Of a stretch of DNA of 64,000 bases, positions 35,128 to 44,398 are shown piece by piece (the first letter of the stretch is position 1; each line of letters opens with the position of its first letter). Under the pieces are notes generated by a model. That model was given only the letters and a program-made list of their open reading frames with translations, was not told the DNA's origin and searched no databases. Origin of the DNA: Treponema sp. (GTDB lineage: Bacteria > Spirochaetota > Spirochaetia > Treponematales > Breznakiellaceae); assembly GCA_031276295.1 (NCBI GenBank), contig JAISNI010000215.1, forward strand, positions 2,285 to 66,284, given 5' to 3'. A program made the position numbers and the translations under genes.

Positions 35128-37092
35128 ATGGCTGTTGATTTCGTCCGGCTTCAGCATCTTATTAAAGAACGGTTGGAGCGGGACAGAACCATACGCACGA
35201 TTGAAGCTGCCGGTCCTACGCTGGAAGCGGCGGTCTCTGAGGCCGCGACTTTGCTTGACGCGCCCATCCGCCGTCTTGAATATGAGGTGCTTGAAAAAGG
35301 GTACGCCGGTTTTTTGGGGAGCGGTAAAAAAAACTGGAAGATACGGGCATACGAACGGGTTTTTGCCGGAAAGGAAGCCGTCCGGAAAGATGCCGGGGAG
35401 GACGAAGAAGCGGAGTTCGTTCCGGTTATTGAGGATAAGGACGGAGAGGCTTTTGTCCATTTAAGTCCTGAAGGGGCATTCCTTAAAGTCGTTCCACCCC
35501 AGGGTAACGGACGGCGGGCTGCCGTAGAGGATGCGGTAAAGCTGCTCCAGACCCGGGATGTTACCGATATTGATAGGGAGAGTGTAGCCCAGGCGATCAA
35601 TGAGATGGCCGGCGCCTATATCAAGGTGGGGAATTTTGAGCATCATTCCTATAACGACAGTTATGTGAGGGTTGATATCGCCGATGAGGAAATGAAAGCC
35701 TACATGACGGTTAATCCTCCGGGCCCCGGCGGCTGCGATATATCGGTGGAGACCTACCTGAGCTACCTGCATAATAACCGTGTGGTGTACGGCATTAAGG
35801 AAGACTTCCTGCGGGAATTCGCCGACAAGCCGGTCTATAAGGAACAGATCCTGGTTGCCGAAGGATCCAAGCCGGTAAACGGCAGGGACGCGTACATACA
35901 GTACAATTTTGAAACCGATCAGAGCAAGGTGCGTTTCAAAGAAGGCAATAACGGGCGGGTCGATTTTAAAGAACTCAACATAATTCAAAACGTAGTAGAG
36001 AATCAGCCTTTGGCAAAGAAGATTGAAGCTGAAACGGGAATAGTCGGCAAGATGGTAACGGGTAAAATAATCCCCGCAAAGGACGGCAGGGATATCGTGC
36101 TGCCCGTGGGCAAAAACGTGCATGTAAGCGATGACGGATCGACCATCTTTGCCGATATTAACGGCCAGGTGGTTGTGGTATCGGGAAAGATCAACGTTGA
36201 ACCGGTTACGACTATTCAGGGCGATGTGAACCTTAAAACAGGGAATATTATCTTCCTGGGAACCGTCATCATTACCGGAAATGTAGAGGACGGTTTTTCC
36301 GTACAGGCCGCGGGCAATATAGAAGTAAACGGAACGGTGGAAAAGGCAAACCTTGACGCCGAAGGGGATATAATTGTCCATCAGGGGATAACCGGTAAAA
36401 ACACCGGGGCCGTCAAGGCCGGCAGGTCAATCTGGGCACGTTTTATTGAGAATACCATAGTTGAATCGGGGAATATGGTGGTTGTTTCCGATGGTATTAT
36501 CAATTCCCAGGTGTCGGCAGAAAAACGTATCATCTGCCAGGGGAAGCGCGCGCATATCGTGGGCGGACATCTGCGCGCCTCCGAGGAGATAAATGCCAAG
36601 ATAATAGGAAGTTCTACCAGCGGGACCGAAACTATCTGCGAGGTAGGTTTTAATCCCAGACGTAAAAAAGAACTGGCCGAACTGATTGAGAAGAAGGCCG
36701 ATATAGAAAAACACCTGGAAGACTTACAGCACAATATACAAACCCTTATCAATATAAAGAAGCAACGCAAATCCCTCCCTGAAGACAAGGAAGCCTATCT
36801 ACAGGAACTTATGGATAAACGGGATGAGATGTTCGGCGATAGGCAGAAGGTAAATGAAGACATAACCTCGTTGAACGAGCAGCTTAACAACATCACCGTC
36901 CGGGGACGGGTTTCCGCTTCCTCAAAAGTGTATCCCGGCGTAAAAGTGATCATCAAGGATTATATCAGCGATGTCCGCGGTGAATACAAGGCGGTTACCT
37001 TTATTCTGGAAGATAAACTTGTAAAGGTAACGAAATACGAAGAACCTGACGAGGAAGTAAAGCGAGGTTTGGATGGCTATACAACCAATTGA
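35128..37092 (+). CDS. FapA-family (DUF342) flagellar-assembly-associated protein
   Basis: Beta-helix-like repeats read GDVNLKTGNIIFLGTVIITGNVEDGFSVQAAGNIEVNGTVEKANLDAEGDIIV, followed by a C-terminal coiled coil. AAGGGAG lies 7 nt before the ATG at 35128. Confidence 0.7.
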   Translation: MAVDFVRLQHLIKERLERDRTIRTIEAAGPTLEAAVSEAATLLDAPIRRLEYEVLEKGYAGFLGSGKKNWKIRAYERVFAGKEAVRKDAGEDEEAEFVPVIEDKDGEAFVHLSPEGAFLKVVPPQGNGRRAAVEDAVKLLQTRDVTDIDRESVAQAINEMAGAYIKVGNFEHHSYNDSYVRVDIADEEMKAYMTVNPPGPGGCDISVETYLSYLHNNRVVYGIKEDFLREFADKPVYKEQILVAEGSKPVNGRDAYIQYNFETDQSKVRFKEGNNGRVDFKELNIIQNVVENQPLAKKIEAETGIVGKMVTGKIIPAKDGRDIVLPVGKNVHVSDDGSTIFADINGQVVVVSGKINVEPVTTIQGDVNLKTGNIIFLGTVIITGNVEDGFSVQAAGNIEVNGTVEKANLDAEGDIIVHQGITGKNTGAVKAGRSIWARFIENTIVESGNMVVVSDGIINSQVSAEKRIICQGKRAHIVGGHLRASEEINAKIIGSSTSGTETICEVGFNPRRKKELAELIEKKADIEKHLEDLQHNIQTLINIKKQRKSLPEDKEAYLQELMDKRDEMFGDRQKVNEDITSLNEQLNNITVRGRVSASSKVYPGVKVIIKDYISDVRGEYKAVTFILEDKLVKVTKYEEPDEEVKRGLDGYTTN

Positions 37093-37423
37093 TCTTCAAA
37101 CCTTATTTACCCAGGTGGATAAGGTCGGCAAAAACCAGGCGTCCCAGCGGGAAGGTCTGGCCATTCAACAGGCCCTGCAGAATATTGAAAATCAGAAGAA
37201 AACAGAAGAACAGGTTCAGTCCGTTAATGAGGTGCAGGATACCGGTGAAGGTATAGAACGGGCAAAAGACAGAAGTCCCAGGAAAAGGCCGCGCGAGGAT
37301 ATACTCAATAAAGGGGACGACGGAAAGAACATGGAAGATGAAGAGGAGGAAACTCAGAATGAAAAAAAAATGTATACTATTCAGGATCCTTCTCTGGGTA
37401 GAAATATTGATTTAAGCGGCTAA
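37073..37423 (+). CDS. Hypothetical small charged protein (116 aa)
   Basis: The ORF overlaps the fapA-like 3' end by 20 nt. It begins MAIQPIDLQTLFTQVDKVGKNQ, then has a Lys/Glu-rich tail. No family recognised. Confidence 0.45.
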   Translation: MAIQPIDLQTLFTQVDKVGKNQASQREGLAIQQALQNIENQKKTEEQVQSVNEVQDTGEGIERAKDRSPRKRPREDILNKGDDGKNMEDEEEETQNEKKMYTIQDPSLGRNIDLSG

Positions 37424-37429
37424 AAGGGT

Positions 37430-38080
37430 ATGCTTATGAATCCTGCCCTGGTTATTTCTGTAATAAGCCTTTTAATAAGTTTTTTTTCTTTTTTCTATTT
37501 TAAAATCTATCTAAAACGGCGTACCGGTCAGGAGCGTATCCTTGCGGATTTTAGGGAAGAGGTAAACAAGCTGCTTGCGGAGATTGACCATATTACCGAC
37601 CGCGACGCGACGCTTGTGGAAGAACGGGTAAGCGCCTTAAAAACACTGCTCTCAGATGTGGATAAGCGCATTGCCGTGTATGCCCGTGAGATAGAACGCA
37701 AAGGCAGGCAAGAAAAGGTCTATACAGAGCTGGGGAGAAACCGTTTTATCAGCCTGGAATCCCCGCCTGCCTCCGGTAAGGCGCCGGAAACTTCCCCGCA
37801 AACGGAGAAGAACAAGCCTCTTGGACCTCCTGCCCCGCAGGTAATACCGGTATTTACGGTCCGTGGAGAAGATGCTCCTGCCGAAGATCCCTCCGAAAAA
37901 GGCGGTACGCAGAAAAGCCCGCCGGTCCGTTCAAAAGAGGGAGAATTGTACATAGCCAGGCAGGCGGCGGCTCTTGCCAAGGCTGGCTTTGCCTCCAACG
38001 TGATAGCGTCCCGTCTGGGCGTAAGCATTACCGAAGTAGAAATGGCCGTCGCCCTCTTCGGCCCTAAGAGCCTTTCCTAG
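37430..38080 (+). CDS. Hypothetical membrane-anchored protein with coiled coil and C-terminal HTH-like segment
   Basis: The N-terminal TM is PALVISVISLLISFFSFFYF. The C-terminus reads AKAGFASNVIASRLGVSITEVEMAVALF. The stop TAG at 38078-38080 lies in the terminus of repeat D. Confidence 0.5.
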   Translation: MLMNPALVISVISLLISFFSFFYFKIYLKRRTGQERILADFREEVNKLLAEIDHITDRDATLVEERVSALKTLLSDVDKRIAVYAREIERKGRQEKVYTELGRNRFISLESPPASGKAPETSPQTEKNKPLGPPAPQVIPVFTVRGEDAPAEDPSEKGGTQKSPPVRSKEGELYIARQAAALAKAGFASNVIASRLGVSITEVEMAVALFGPKSLS

Positions 38081-38160
38081 CAGTCTGTTGCACTTGTGGA
38101 TTTCTTGCACGGGCAGCCAAAGACCGCCCTGAGCAAAAAATCCACATAACAGGCTGCTAG
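38077..38160. repeat. CTAG-bounded repeat, medium form forming one long imperfect hairpin (copy D, 84 bp)
   Basis: CTAGCAGTCTGTTGCACTTGTGGATTTCTTGC - loop - GCAAAAAATCCACATAACAGGCTGCTAG. The two CTAG ends supply the stop codons of the convergent flanking genes. Confidence 0.85.
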
Positions 38161-39176
38161 AGTTGGAAGCGGACGCCTAAGGTTGCTCCAAAGGCCGCGT
38201 AATTTTTCAGATCAAGGAAGTTGATCATGCCGGTTAGATCGAGCCTGATGACGGACATGTTTACCGAAAAGCCTCCGAAGGCGCGCAGGCTCCAACCGTT
38301 GAGATTTTCCTTGGAGGAGGAAAATCCGCCGCTGGTTAAATTAATAGGCGCCGCGCCTCCCAGTGCGGCATTGATGTTTTTTACCTCGGCGTCGGTAAGG
38401 GAATTGCCATTATACATTACCGTAGATGTTACCTCATAGCCTACTTTGGACATTGCCCAACTGCCGCCGAGCCCCAGATAGGGGGTAATGATCAGGAACG
38501 ATTTTGAAATTTGGGCTTTAAGATCTATGGAAGTACTCTCCCAGGTAAAGTCCATTCGCGGATCCGTAATTTTAAGCTTATTGTCGCCCTCGCCGATATA
38601 AAATTCCTGCGATTCGCCGCCGCTCATTCCAATTCCGCCGTGTATATAATTTACACCTAAGCCTATGGACACCTTGGGCAGAGCGACGTTCCCCTTGAGA
38701 ACGGCATAGCGCACCTCGCCGCCGATAAGAAGGTACTCCAGATTGCTTAGACTCTCCAATTTGGAGAGATAGCCGGTTTTGAGGCCCACATCAAAGGGAA
38801 GGATAAAGCCGCCGATGCGGGCTTCCGCCGTGTAGGCAGGCAGAACCATACCGCCGCCGCCGATGTCGCTGGTAATACCGCCCAGGTCCTTGCCAAAATA
38901 ACTCAGTATCTTATTAATGGAACCGAGGTTTATGGTGGTGGCGCCGCCGGATATTCCCACCCCGAAGTGGGGCGGGGCGCTTATTAACTGGCCGATATAG
39001 GCATCGGACCAGTTAAGCCCTATGGTCGAATTAAAGGGCAGGGCCTTGGCCATATCATCGGACAAATCGTCGATATTCTTCTGCAAGTCCTTAAAGTTGT
39101 CTTGAGCGGAAACTGAAACGGCAATCATCAAAGAGATTGCCGTAAAGAGCAGCGCCGCTTTATTTCTTGTTGTCAT
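38157..39176 (-). CDS. Hypothetical exported protein, probable outer-membrane beta-barrel
   Basis: The signal peptide is MTTRNKAALLFTAISLMIAVSVSAQD. The body is Gly-rich with alternating strands, and the C-terminus is GATLGVRFQL. Confidence 0.5.
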   Translation of the reverse strand: MTTRNKAALLFTAISLMIAVSVSAQDNFKDLQKNIDDLSDDMAKALPFNSTIGLNWSDAYIGQLISAPPHFGVGISGGATTINLGSINKILSYFGKDLGGITSDIGGGGMVLPAYTAEARIGGFILPFDVGLKTGYLSKLESLSNLEYLLIGGEVRYAVLKGNVALPKVSIGLGVNYIHGGIGMSGGESQEFYIGEGDNKLKITDPRMDFTWESTSIDLKAQISKSFLIITPYLGLGGSWAMSKVGYEVTSTVMYNGNSLTDAEVKNINAALGGAAPINLTSGGFSSSKENLNGWSLRAFGGFSVNMSVIRLDLTGMINFLDLKNYAAFGATLGVRFQL

Positions 39177-39303
39177 ATTAACCTCCCAGGCTGTTGATTT
39201 GAGGACGCTTTCTTAATCTCGATTCTTGAAAGCCTTCCTTCTATAATTACAATATATCACATACCTAAGACAGATATCAATTTTTCAGGAATAATTAATT
39301 AAC

Positions 39304-40014
39304 CTACCGTTTCACCGGACGCAGGGTACCGGTAATGGATAAAACCGAATCCTCAAACGTTACTTTCAGAGTTCCGTCCCAGTTGAACATAGCCATCATG
39401 TCGCCGTAGTCGTTCTGGATGGGCCCGGTAAGATCCTGCTCTCTGGTATCGACGGGCCGTCCCGAAGGGACGGCGGGGTCCCAGACCTTTTTCCAGTCCA
39501 CCGTATCCGCGGTTCCGTCGGCGGAAAAATCCCGCGAGATAACCTGGGGGCCGTTGCCCTTGATATAGCCGATGGTACGCATCACGTAGCTTCCCCGGGG
39601 AAAGCCGATGTTGCCGTTCTTGTCGGTCCGTATCCGGTAGGCTACCCCGCGGTGTACGTACTCCATAGTGATCACGCTCCCTTCTTTATACACGTGGAGC
39701 TTGTCCTCAATACGGATCGAATCCGGCGCCACGGGAAAGAGAAGTATGCCCCGGAAACCTGCGGAGATGGTCGCCCGTCCCATGATGTCGGTCTGGATTG
39801 GGGCGAAGAGGGAAGTCGACTTCTGCCTCGAAGCCCCCGAAGCCGCGTCAAAGCTGTCTTTATCCGCGACAATATACCTGATGGCGGACTTATAACTCAG
39901 GTAATTCTTCCCGTCCGGGCTGGAAGGGTTAAACCGGTAATCAATGCTCAGGTCTTGGGCAAAAAGGCCCCCGGCAAGTATCAGAATCGATAAAAAAATC
40001 AAAATTTTCCTCAC
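39304..40014 (-). CDS. Hypothetical exported protein
   Basis: The signal peptide is MRKILIFLSILILAGGLFAQ. No family recognised. Confidence 0.5.
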   Translation of the reverse strand: MRKILIFLSILILAGGLFAQDLSIDYRFNPSSPDGKNYLSYKSAIRYIVADKDSFDAASGASRQKSTSLFAPIQTDIMGRATISAGFRGILLFPVAPDSIRIEDKLHVYKEGSVITMEYVHRGVAYRIRTDKNGNIGFPRGSYVMRTIGYIKGNGPQVISRDFSADGTADTVDWKKVWDPAVPSGRPVDTREQDLTGPIQNDYGDMMAMFNWDGTLKVTFEDSVLSITGTLRPVKR

Positions 40015-40063
40015 GGCAAACTCCCTTGGAATTGAATTGTAATTCCTCCTTTGTGTTTTTCAG

Positions 40064-42211
40064 CTATACTTTAAAGGAACCGATGGTTTCTTCCATAATT
40101 TGAATGTTCCGGTGGGTATCCTTGGCAAGGTCCAATACCGCTTCGGCGGCCTTGTTCACCTCCTGGGCGCTGGCGCCCATGTCGATAATACCCCTTTGGA
40201 TGGTTTGGACTATGCCGGTAAGCTCGTCCATTTCCTTTTTAACCTCGTTCATCTGGCCGGTCATATCCGCCGACGTGGTCTGCACGCGGGAGGCCGCGGT
40301 CTGGATGGCGTCCAAGGCCTCCTGAATCTGAGCCGAAGCGCCCCGCTGGGCTTCCATAGCCGTATCAATCTTCTCGATAAAGGTATCGGTGGCATTGATC
40401 TGTTCCGATACCGCCAGGAAGGCTTCCCGTGATTTGGAAGAGATCCGTACCGTATCCTGCACCGATTTGGCAATACCGGAAAGCTCCTGTTTGATGGCCT
40501 GGGACTGGGCGCGGGCGTTTTCGGCCAGCCCCCGGATCTCCTCGGCCACAACCGCGAAACCCCGGCCCGCATCTCCCGCGTGGGCGGCTTCGATTGCCGC
40601 GTTCATAGCCAGAAGATTGGTCCGCGAGGCAATCTGGGCGATGATCTGATTGGCTCCCACCAGAGACTGGGACTGGGCGAGGATGCCCCGGATCTGCTCG
40701 TCCACCGCATCTTGCCGTTCTTTTCCTGTATTCGCTACACTCACCAGCGCGCCGAACTGGTCCTTCAACTCCTGTACCGCCGCCCGTACCGCCTGTATCG
40801 TCTCCGCCATCTTCTCTACCGAGGTAAAGGAAGCGCCGACGGCACTGTTCTGTTCCACGATAAGGGAATTAAGCCCTTCCAGCGCGCCCGACGCGTTTAA
40901 CAGCACCCGGTTGGTCCTTTCCAGGGAATGGGTCTGCCCTTGGGTCTGGTCCTTGATGGCCATAGCCGCATCCATGATCCTGGTATTGGCGTTGACGGAC
41001 TCCTCGGACCGGCTCCCCAGATTCTCCCCTATATTCTGCAGAGAGCTTTGTGCGTCCTTGAGCCGTCTTACCAGCCCCCGCAGGGAAGAAATGAAGCCGT
41101 TGATGCTCTTCCTTATAACGGTGATCTCATCGTTCTTTTTTACCGGTATCTGGTAGGTAAAGTCCGCCTCTTTGGAACTTAAATTCTCGGATACGGCCGC
41201 GGTGATGGAGGCGGTAGACTTGAGAGGGGCAATGACGATCCCCCTAATAAGGAAGATAAAGACCGTCAAGAGGATGACCATGCCCCCCAGAATTACGGGG
41301 ATCACCACCCGGTTGATCAGGCCCACGGTCTCCTCCACGGAGGTCATGGGAAGGCTCATGGAGACAATCCCTACACGGGAATCGGAGCCGTCTTTAAGAG
41401 GGAAATGCACCGCGTAATATTCGATTCCCCCTACGGTGTATTCTCCCCGGTAGGTTTCTCCCAGGCCCAGCACCGTATCGATCATCATATCGTGATCCGA
41501 GGAGAGGCTGCCGGTAAAGGGGCTAATCCAGGCTTTCCGGCCCGCGGAAACCTCCGACATCCCCCTGGAACTGTTTCGATGTACAGGGCCCTGGTAGAGG
41601 TCTATTTCGCATTGGGTAAGGGCCTGGAGATCGTTCATAAATTTGTCGGACTGGATGCTGAATTCGATGAAGCCGTACCCTATGACGTTTTCACCTTCAA
41701 AAACAGGAATGGCCGAGATGAGTTCCAAGGTATTGTCCAGGGAATACATCCTGGTAACCCAGTCCCTGTCCTCGGTATAGGAAACAATGGTACGGACGTA
41801 CCGGGCTCCTTCCGATAGGCCGTCCCCGCTGTTGATGACAAGATACCCGTCCTTGTCCACAAGGGCGATACCGTCCACGTCCAGGGCGGAAACCATAGCG
41901 TCAAGCTGGGACTGAAAAGCGCCCTTGTCTCCGGCGGCCAACATGGCGGCGACACCCGCGTCCCCGGCCAGCCATCGGGCTTTTTTCTCCAGCAATTCGG
42001 TCTGCTCGTCAATAAGGCGGTACACCAGGTTGTCTTTTCCGTCTATTCCTGCCTTGAATGAAGCGGCGGAAGTAGAAGACGTAAGGATATTGATCGTGAA
42101 TATAAGGCCGGCTGCAAATATAACAAAACAGACAAAAATCGGCAGCAGCAATTTTACGCTGATGGAATGTATTCTGTCTTTCATACGGTTAGTATACCTA
42201 TTATAATCCAT
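40064..42211 (-). CDS. Methyl-accepting chemotaxis protein with periplasmic Cache-like sensor and HAMP
   Basis: The signalling-domain core reads [34 protein letters not shown]. Two TM segments flank a sensor region of about 270 aa. Confidence 0.9.
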   Translation of the reverse strand: MDYNRYTNRMKDRIHSISVKLLLPIFVCFVIFAAGLIFTINILTSSTSAASFKAGIDGKDNLVYRLIDEQTELLEKKARWLAGDAGVAAMLAAGDKGAFQSQLDAMVSALDVDGIALVDKDGYLVINSGDGLSEGARYVRTIVSYTEDRDWVTRMYSLDNTLELISAIPVFEGENVIGYGFIEFSIQSDKFMNDLQALTQCEIDLYQGPVHRNSSRGMSEVSAGRKAWISPFTGSLSSDHDMMIDTVLGLGETYRGEYTVGGIEYYAVHFPLKDGSDSRVGIVSMSLPMTSVEETVGLINRVVIPVILGGMVILLTVFIFLIRGIVIAPLKSTASITAAVSENLSSKEADFTYQIPVKKNDEITVIRKSINGFISSLRGLVRRLKDAQSSLQNIGENLGSRSEESVNANTRIMDAAMAIKDQTQGQTHSLERTNRVLLNASGALEGLNSLIVEQNSAVGASFTSVEKMAETIQAVRAAVQELKDQFGALVSVANTGKERQDAVDEQIRGILAQSQSLVGANQIIAQIASRTNLLAMNAAIEAAHAGDAGRGFAVVAEEIRGLAENARAQSQAIKQELSGIAKSVQDTVRISSKSREAFLAVSEQINATDTFIEKIDTAMEAQRGASAQIQEALDAIQTAASRVQTTSADMTGQMNEVKKEMDELTGIVQTIQRGIIDMGASAQEVNKAAEAVLDLAKDTHRNIQIMEETIGSFKV

Positions 42212-42251
42212 AAGAACAATCCTATAATACGTTACCTGTCCTTTCCCCTTC

Positions 42252-42279
42252 TTGACAATTTTTTAATACTGAATACATT
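42252..42279 (+). promoter_or_regulatory. Candidate sigma-70 promoter (-35 TTGACA, 16-nt spacer, -10 TACATT)
   Basis: TTGACA lies at 42252-42257 and TACATT at 42274-42279. This placement implies the downstream CDS starts later than the track TTG at 42285. Confidence 0.35.
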
Positions 42280-42284
42280 GTTAA

Positions 42285-42776
42285 TTGATGTATTATTCAT
42301 TATCAATACGGACCGTGTCGTTGAAGTCTTTTTTTGAGAATCCTCTTTTTTTATCTTCGGTCTCAAGTTGGTTCTTTGCCCAGCTTATCAAGATGCTCAT
42401 TGTGCTTATCGGTTCCCGTAAGAGAAACCCCCGGGAACTTTTGGCAACTATTGCGTGGCGTACCGGGGGTATGCCTTCCAGTCATGCGGCGCTGGTTTCG
42501 GCCATGACTACATCGGTCGGTTTTCAGGAGGGGATAGGTTCAAATTTATTTATGGTTTCTTTGTTTATAACTCTTATCGTATTGAGGGACGCGGTGGGGG
42601 TACGCAGGGCTTCGGGGATTCAGGGGAGGACCCTGAATAACCTTGGCCGGAACGTATCGGAACGTATCGGGATTGATTATCATCCGGTAAAAGAGGTTTA
42701 CGGCCATAAGCCCCTGGAAGTAGCGATGGGTTCTCTCCTGGGTATCTTCATTGCCGCAGCCTATACCTATCTATAA
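42285..42776 (+). CDS. Divergent PAP2-family (DUF212, acid-phosphatase/haloperoxidase-related) membrane protein
   Basis: Motifs: WFFAQLIKMLI, GGMPSSHAALVSAM, and LRDAVGVRR. The real start is probably GTG 42315 or TTG 42321. Confidence 0.7.
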   Translation: MMYYSLSIRTVSLKSFFENPLFLSSVSSWFFAQLIKMLIVLIGSRKRNPRELLATIAWRTGGMPSSHAALVSAMTTSVGFQEGIGSNLFMVSLFITLIVLRDAVGVRRASGIQGRTLNNLGRNVSERIGIDYHPVKEVYGHKPLEVAMGSLLGIFIAAAYTYL

Positions 42777-42784
42777 ATTAAGCC

Positions 42785-44398
42785 ATGTCCTATAGGAATT
42801 CCGCTCTGCTTTCGGTGTTTTTCTCTTTGGGGTTGGGGATCCCACTGTGCTGCCTTTTTTGGGCTTTTAATGTGCCCGATTTTTCCCCTGTTTACCTTGA
42901 AATCCGCGTGGAGGAATCCTTTTCCGACCGGCTTGTCCGCGATCTTCTGGCCTCGGACGAGGTTGTCCAAGCCGCGGGAATAGAGAAACCGGAGGAAAGC
43001 GTCATCTCGGAATCCAACCAGTGGGTTTTTTTCGATGATTTTGGGAATATTAAACGCATTCCTCTGGATCAATACGGAGAGGGGCTTGAACCCTTTGATC
43101 CCCGGAATGACGGCTATGCGGACAAGCTCCGTTCCTTTTTTGTCCACGACGGCCTGCGCAGGTTTTTCTTCCCCTTTACGCCGGATTTTTCAGGGTTCGC
43201 CTTCAAAAATCTGAAGAAAGCCCTCGCGTCTTCCCTGAAGGATATCCCTTTTTCCCTTGTTTTTCTGGGGAAACAGGAAACCGTCTTCTGGTATCTGTTG
43301 ATATTTGCGGGCTCTCTTTTCCTTACCCTTGCCCTATCGGGGCATCCGCTGCTCTACGCCGCGCTGATCCCCGCGCTTCTCCCCTTTGCCCTTATGAGGG
43401 GCAGGGGGTTCGCCCCCTGTGCGTGCCTGCTGACCTTTTCCGCCCTTCTTCATGAACCTCTGGGGGAATTTTTTACCGGTATGCGTTATAACAAGGACCT
43501 GTCCAGGCCCGGTGTTGCGGCCGACAGATTGGGGGTTTTTAAGACATACTGGATACTCGCCCTGGTGTTCCTGGTGCTTTACTGGTTTCTGATTATTTGG
43601 AATTCCATCGGCATCGCGGCGGGGGGAGCGGTTTTTTTTTGTTTTACGCTGATCTTTTTAAATTGCCTCAAAACCCGGTCGCTACGCGGGAAATCGAGGG
43701 GGCATGTACGGTTTACACCGGTTTTTATCCTGTCCCGCCATCCCTTAAAGCCGGATATATTCCTCCGGTTCCTGCTGCCCTCCATGTTAGGTTTAGGCTT
43801 TCTCCTCTGGTTTCCGCCCCTGCGCGATCTGATTAACCCGATTGACGGTGAAGCCGAAACCGAGGCCGGCACCCTGCTTGAAAGGCTTTATCCCGATGAT
43901 TACCGGGCGCACGCCCTCTACCAGCGTTTCTTTTCATACCTGCCCTTGGGAACGGACGTTGAAATATTTAAGGGAAACGGCGTATCCTCCTCCTACCTCC
44001 GTTACTATACCGGCAGCGACGGCCTTATATCCGGTGCCTACCGCGACGATACGGAGACGTGGGGCACGGCCGCGCTTTGGGGGAATTTCGGCGGAATTGA
44101 GGGCCAAAATACCGCTTTTCCGCCGTTTCCCCTCGCTCCGCTTATGGATTTTTTTACCGAATTTAAGCATACTACAGACGAAAGAACGCGCGGGGAAGCC
44201 GGGCCGGAAAGCGTGCGCCGGAGAGCGGGAAGGACGGTGCGTCCCCGCCAGGAAACTATCGGGAGGGAATGGCGGGACTATGTTCCCTTTTCTCTGCTCT
44301 TGCTGGCAAGCGTTCCCTTTTTATGTACGGCGGTACTGGCATTGGGTAAAAAAGGGAGAAAAATGTTCATATCGAATGATAAGCGGGTCGCCGCATGA
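42785..44398 (+). CDS. Hypothetical 537-aa polytopic membrane protein, translationally coupled to the Rnf-like genes
   Basis: Multiple hydrophobic segments. The stop overlaps the next start (ATGA at 44395-44398). No family recognised. Confidence 0.55.
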   Translation: MSYRNSALLSVFFSLGLGIPLCCLFWAFNVPDFSPVYLEIRVEESFSDRLVRDLLASDEVVQAAGIEKPEESVISESNQWVFFDDFGNIKRIPLDQYGEGLEPFDPRNDGYADKLRSFFVHDGLRRFFFPFTPDFSGFAFKNLKKALASSLKDIPFSLVFLGKQETVFWYLLIFAGSLFLTLALSGHPLLYAALIPALLPFALMRGRGFAPCACLLTFSALLHEPLGEFFTGMRYNKDLSRPGVAADRLGVFKTYWILALVFLVLYWFLIIWNSIGIAAGGAVFFCFTLIFLNCLKTRSLRGKSRGHVRFTPVFILSRHPLKPDIFLRFLLPSMLGLGFLLWFPPLRDLINPIDGEAETEAGTLLERLYPDDYRAHALYQRFFSYLPLGTDVEIFKGNGVSSSYLRYYTGSDGLISGAYRDDTETWGTAALWGNFGGIEGQNTAFPPFPLAPLMDFFTEFKHTTDERTRGEAGPESVRRRAGRTVRPRQETIGREWRDYVPFSLLLLASVPFLCTAVLALGKKGRKMFISNDKRVAA

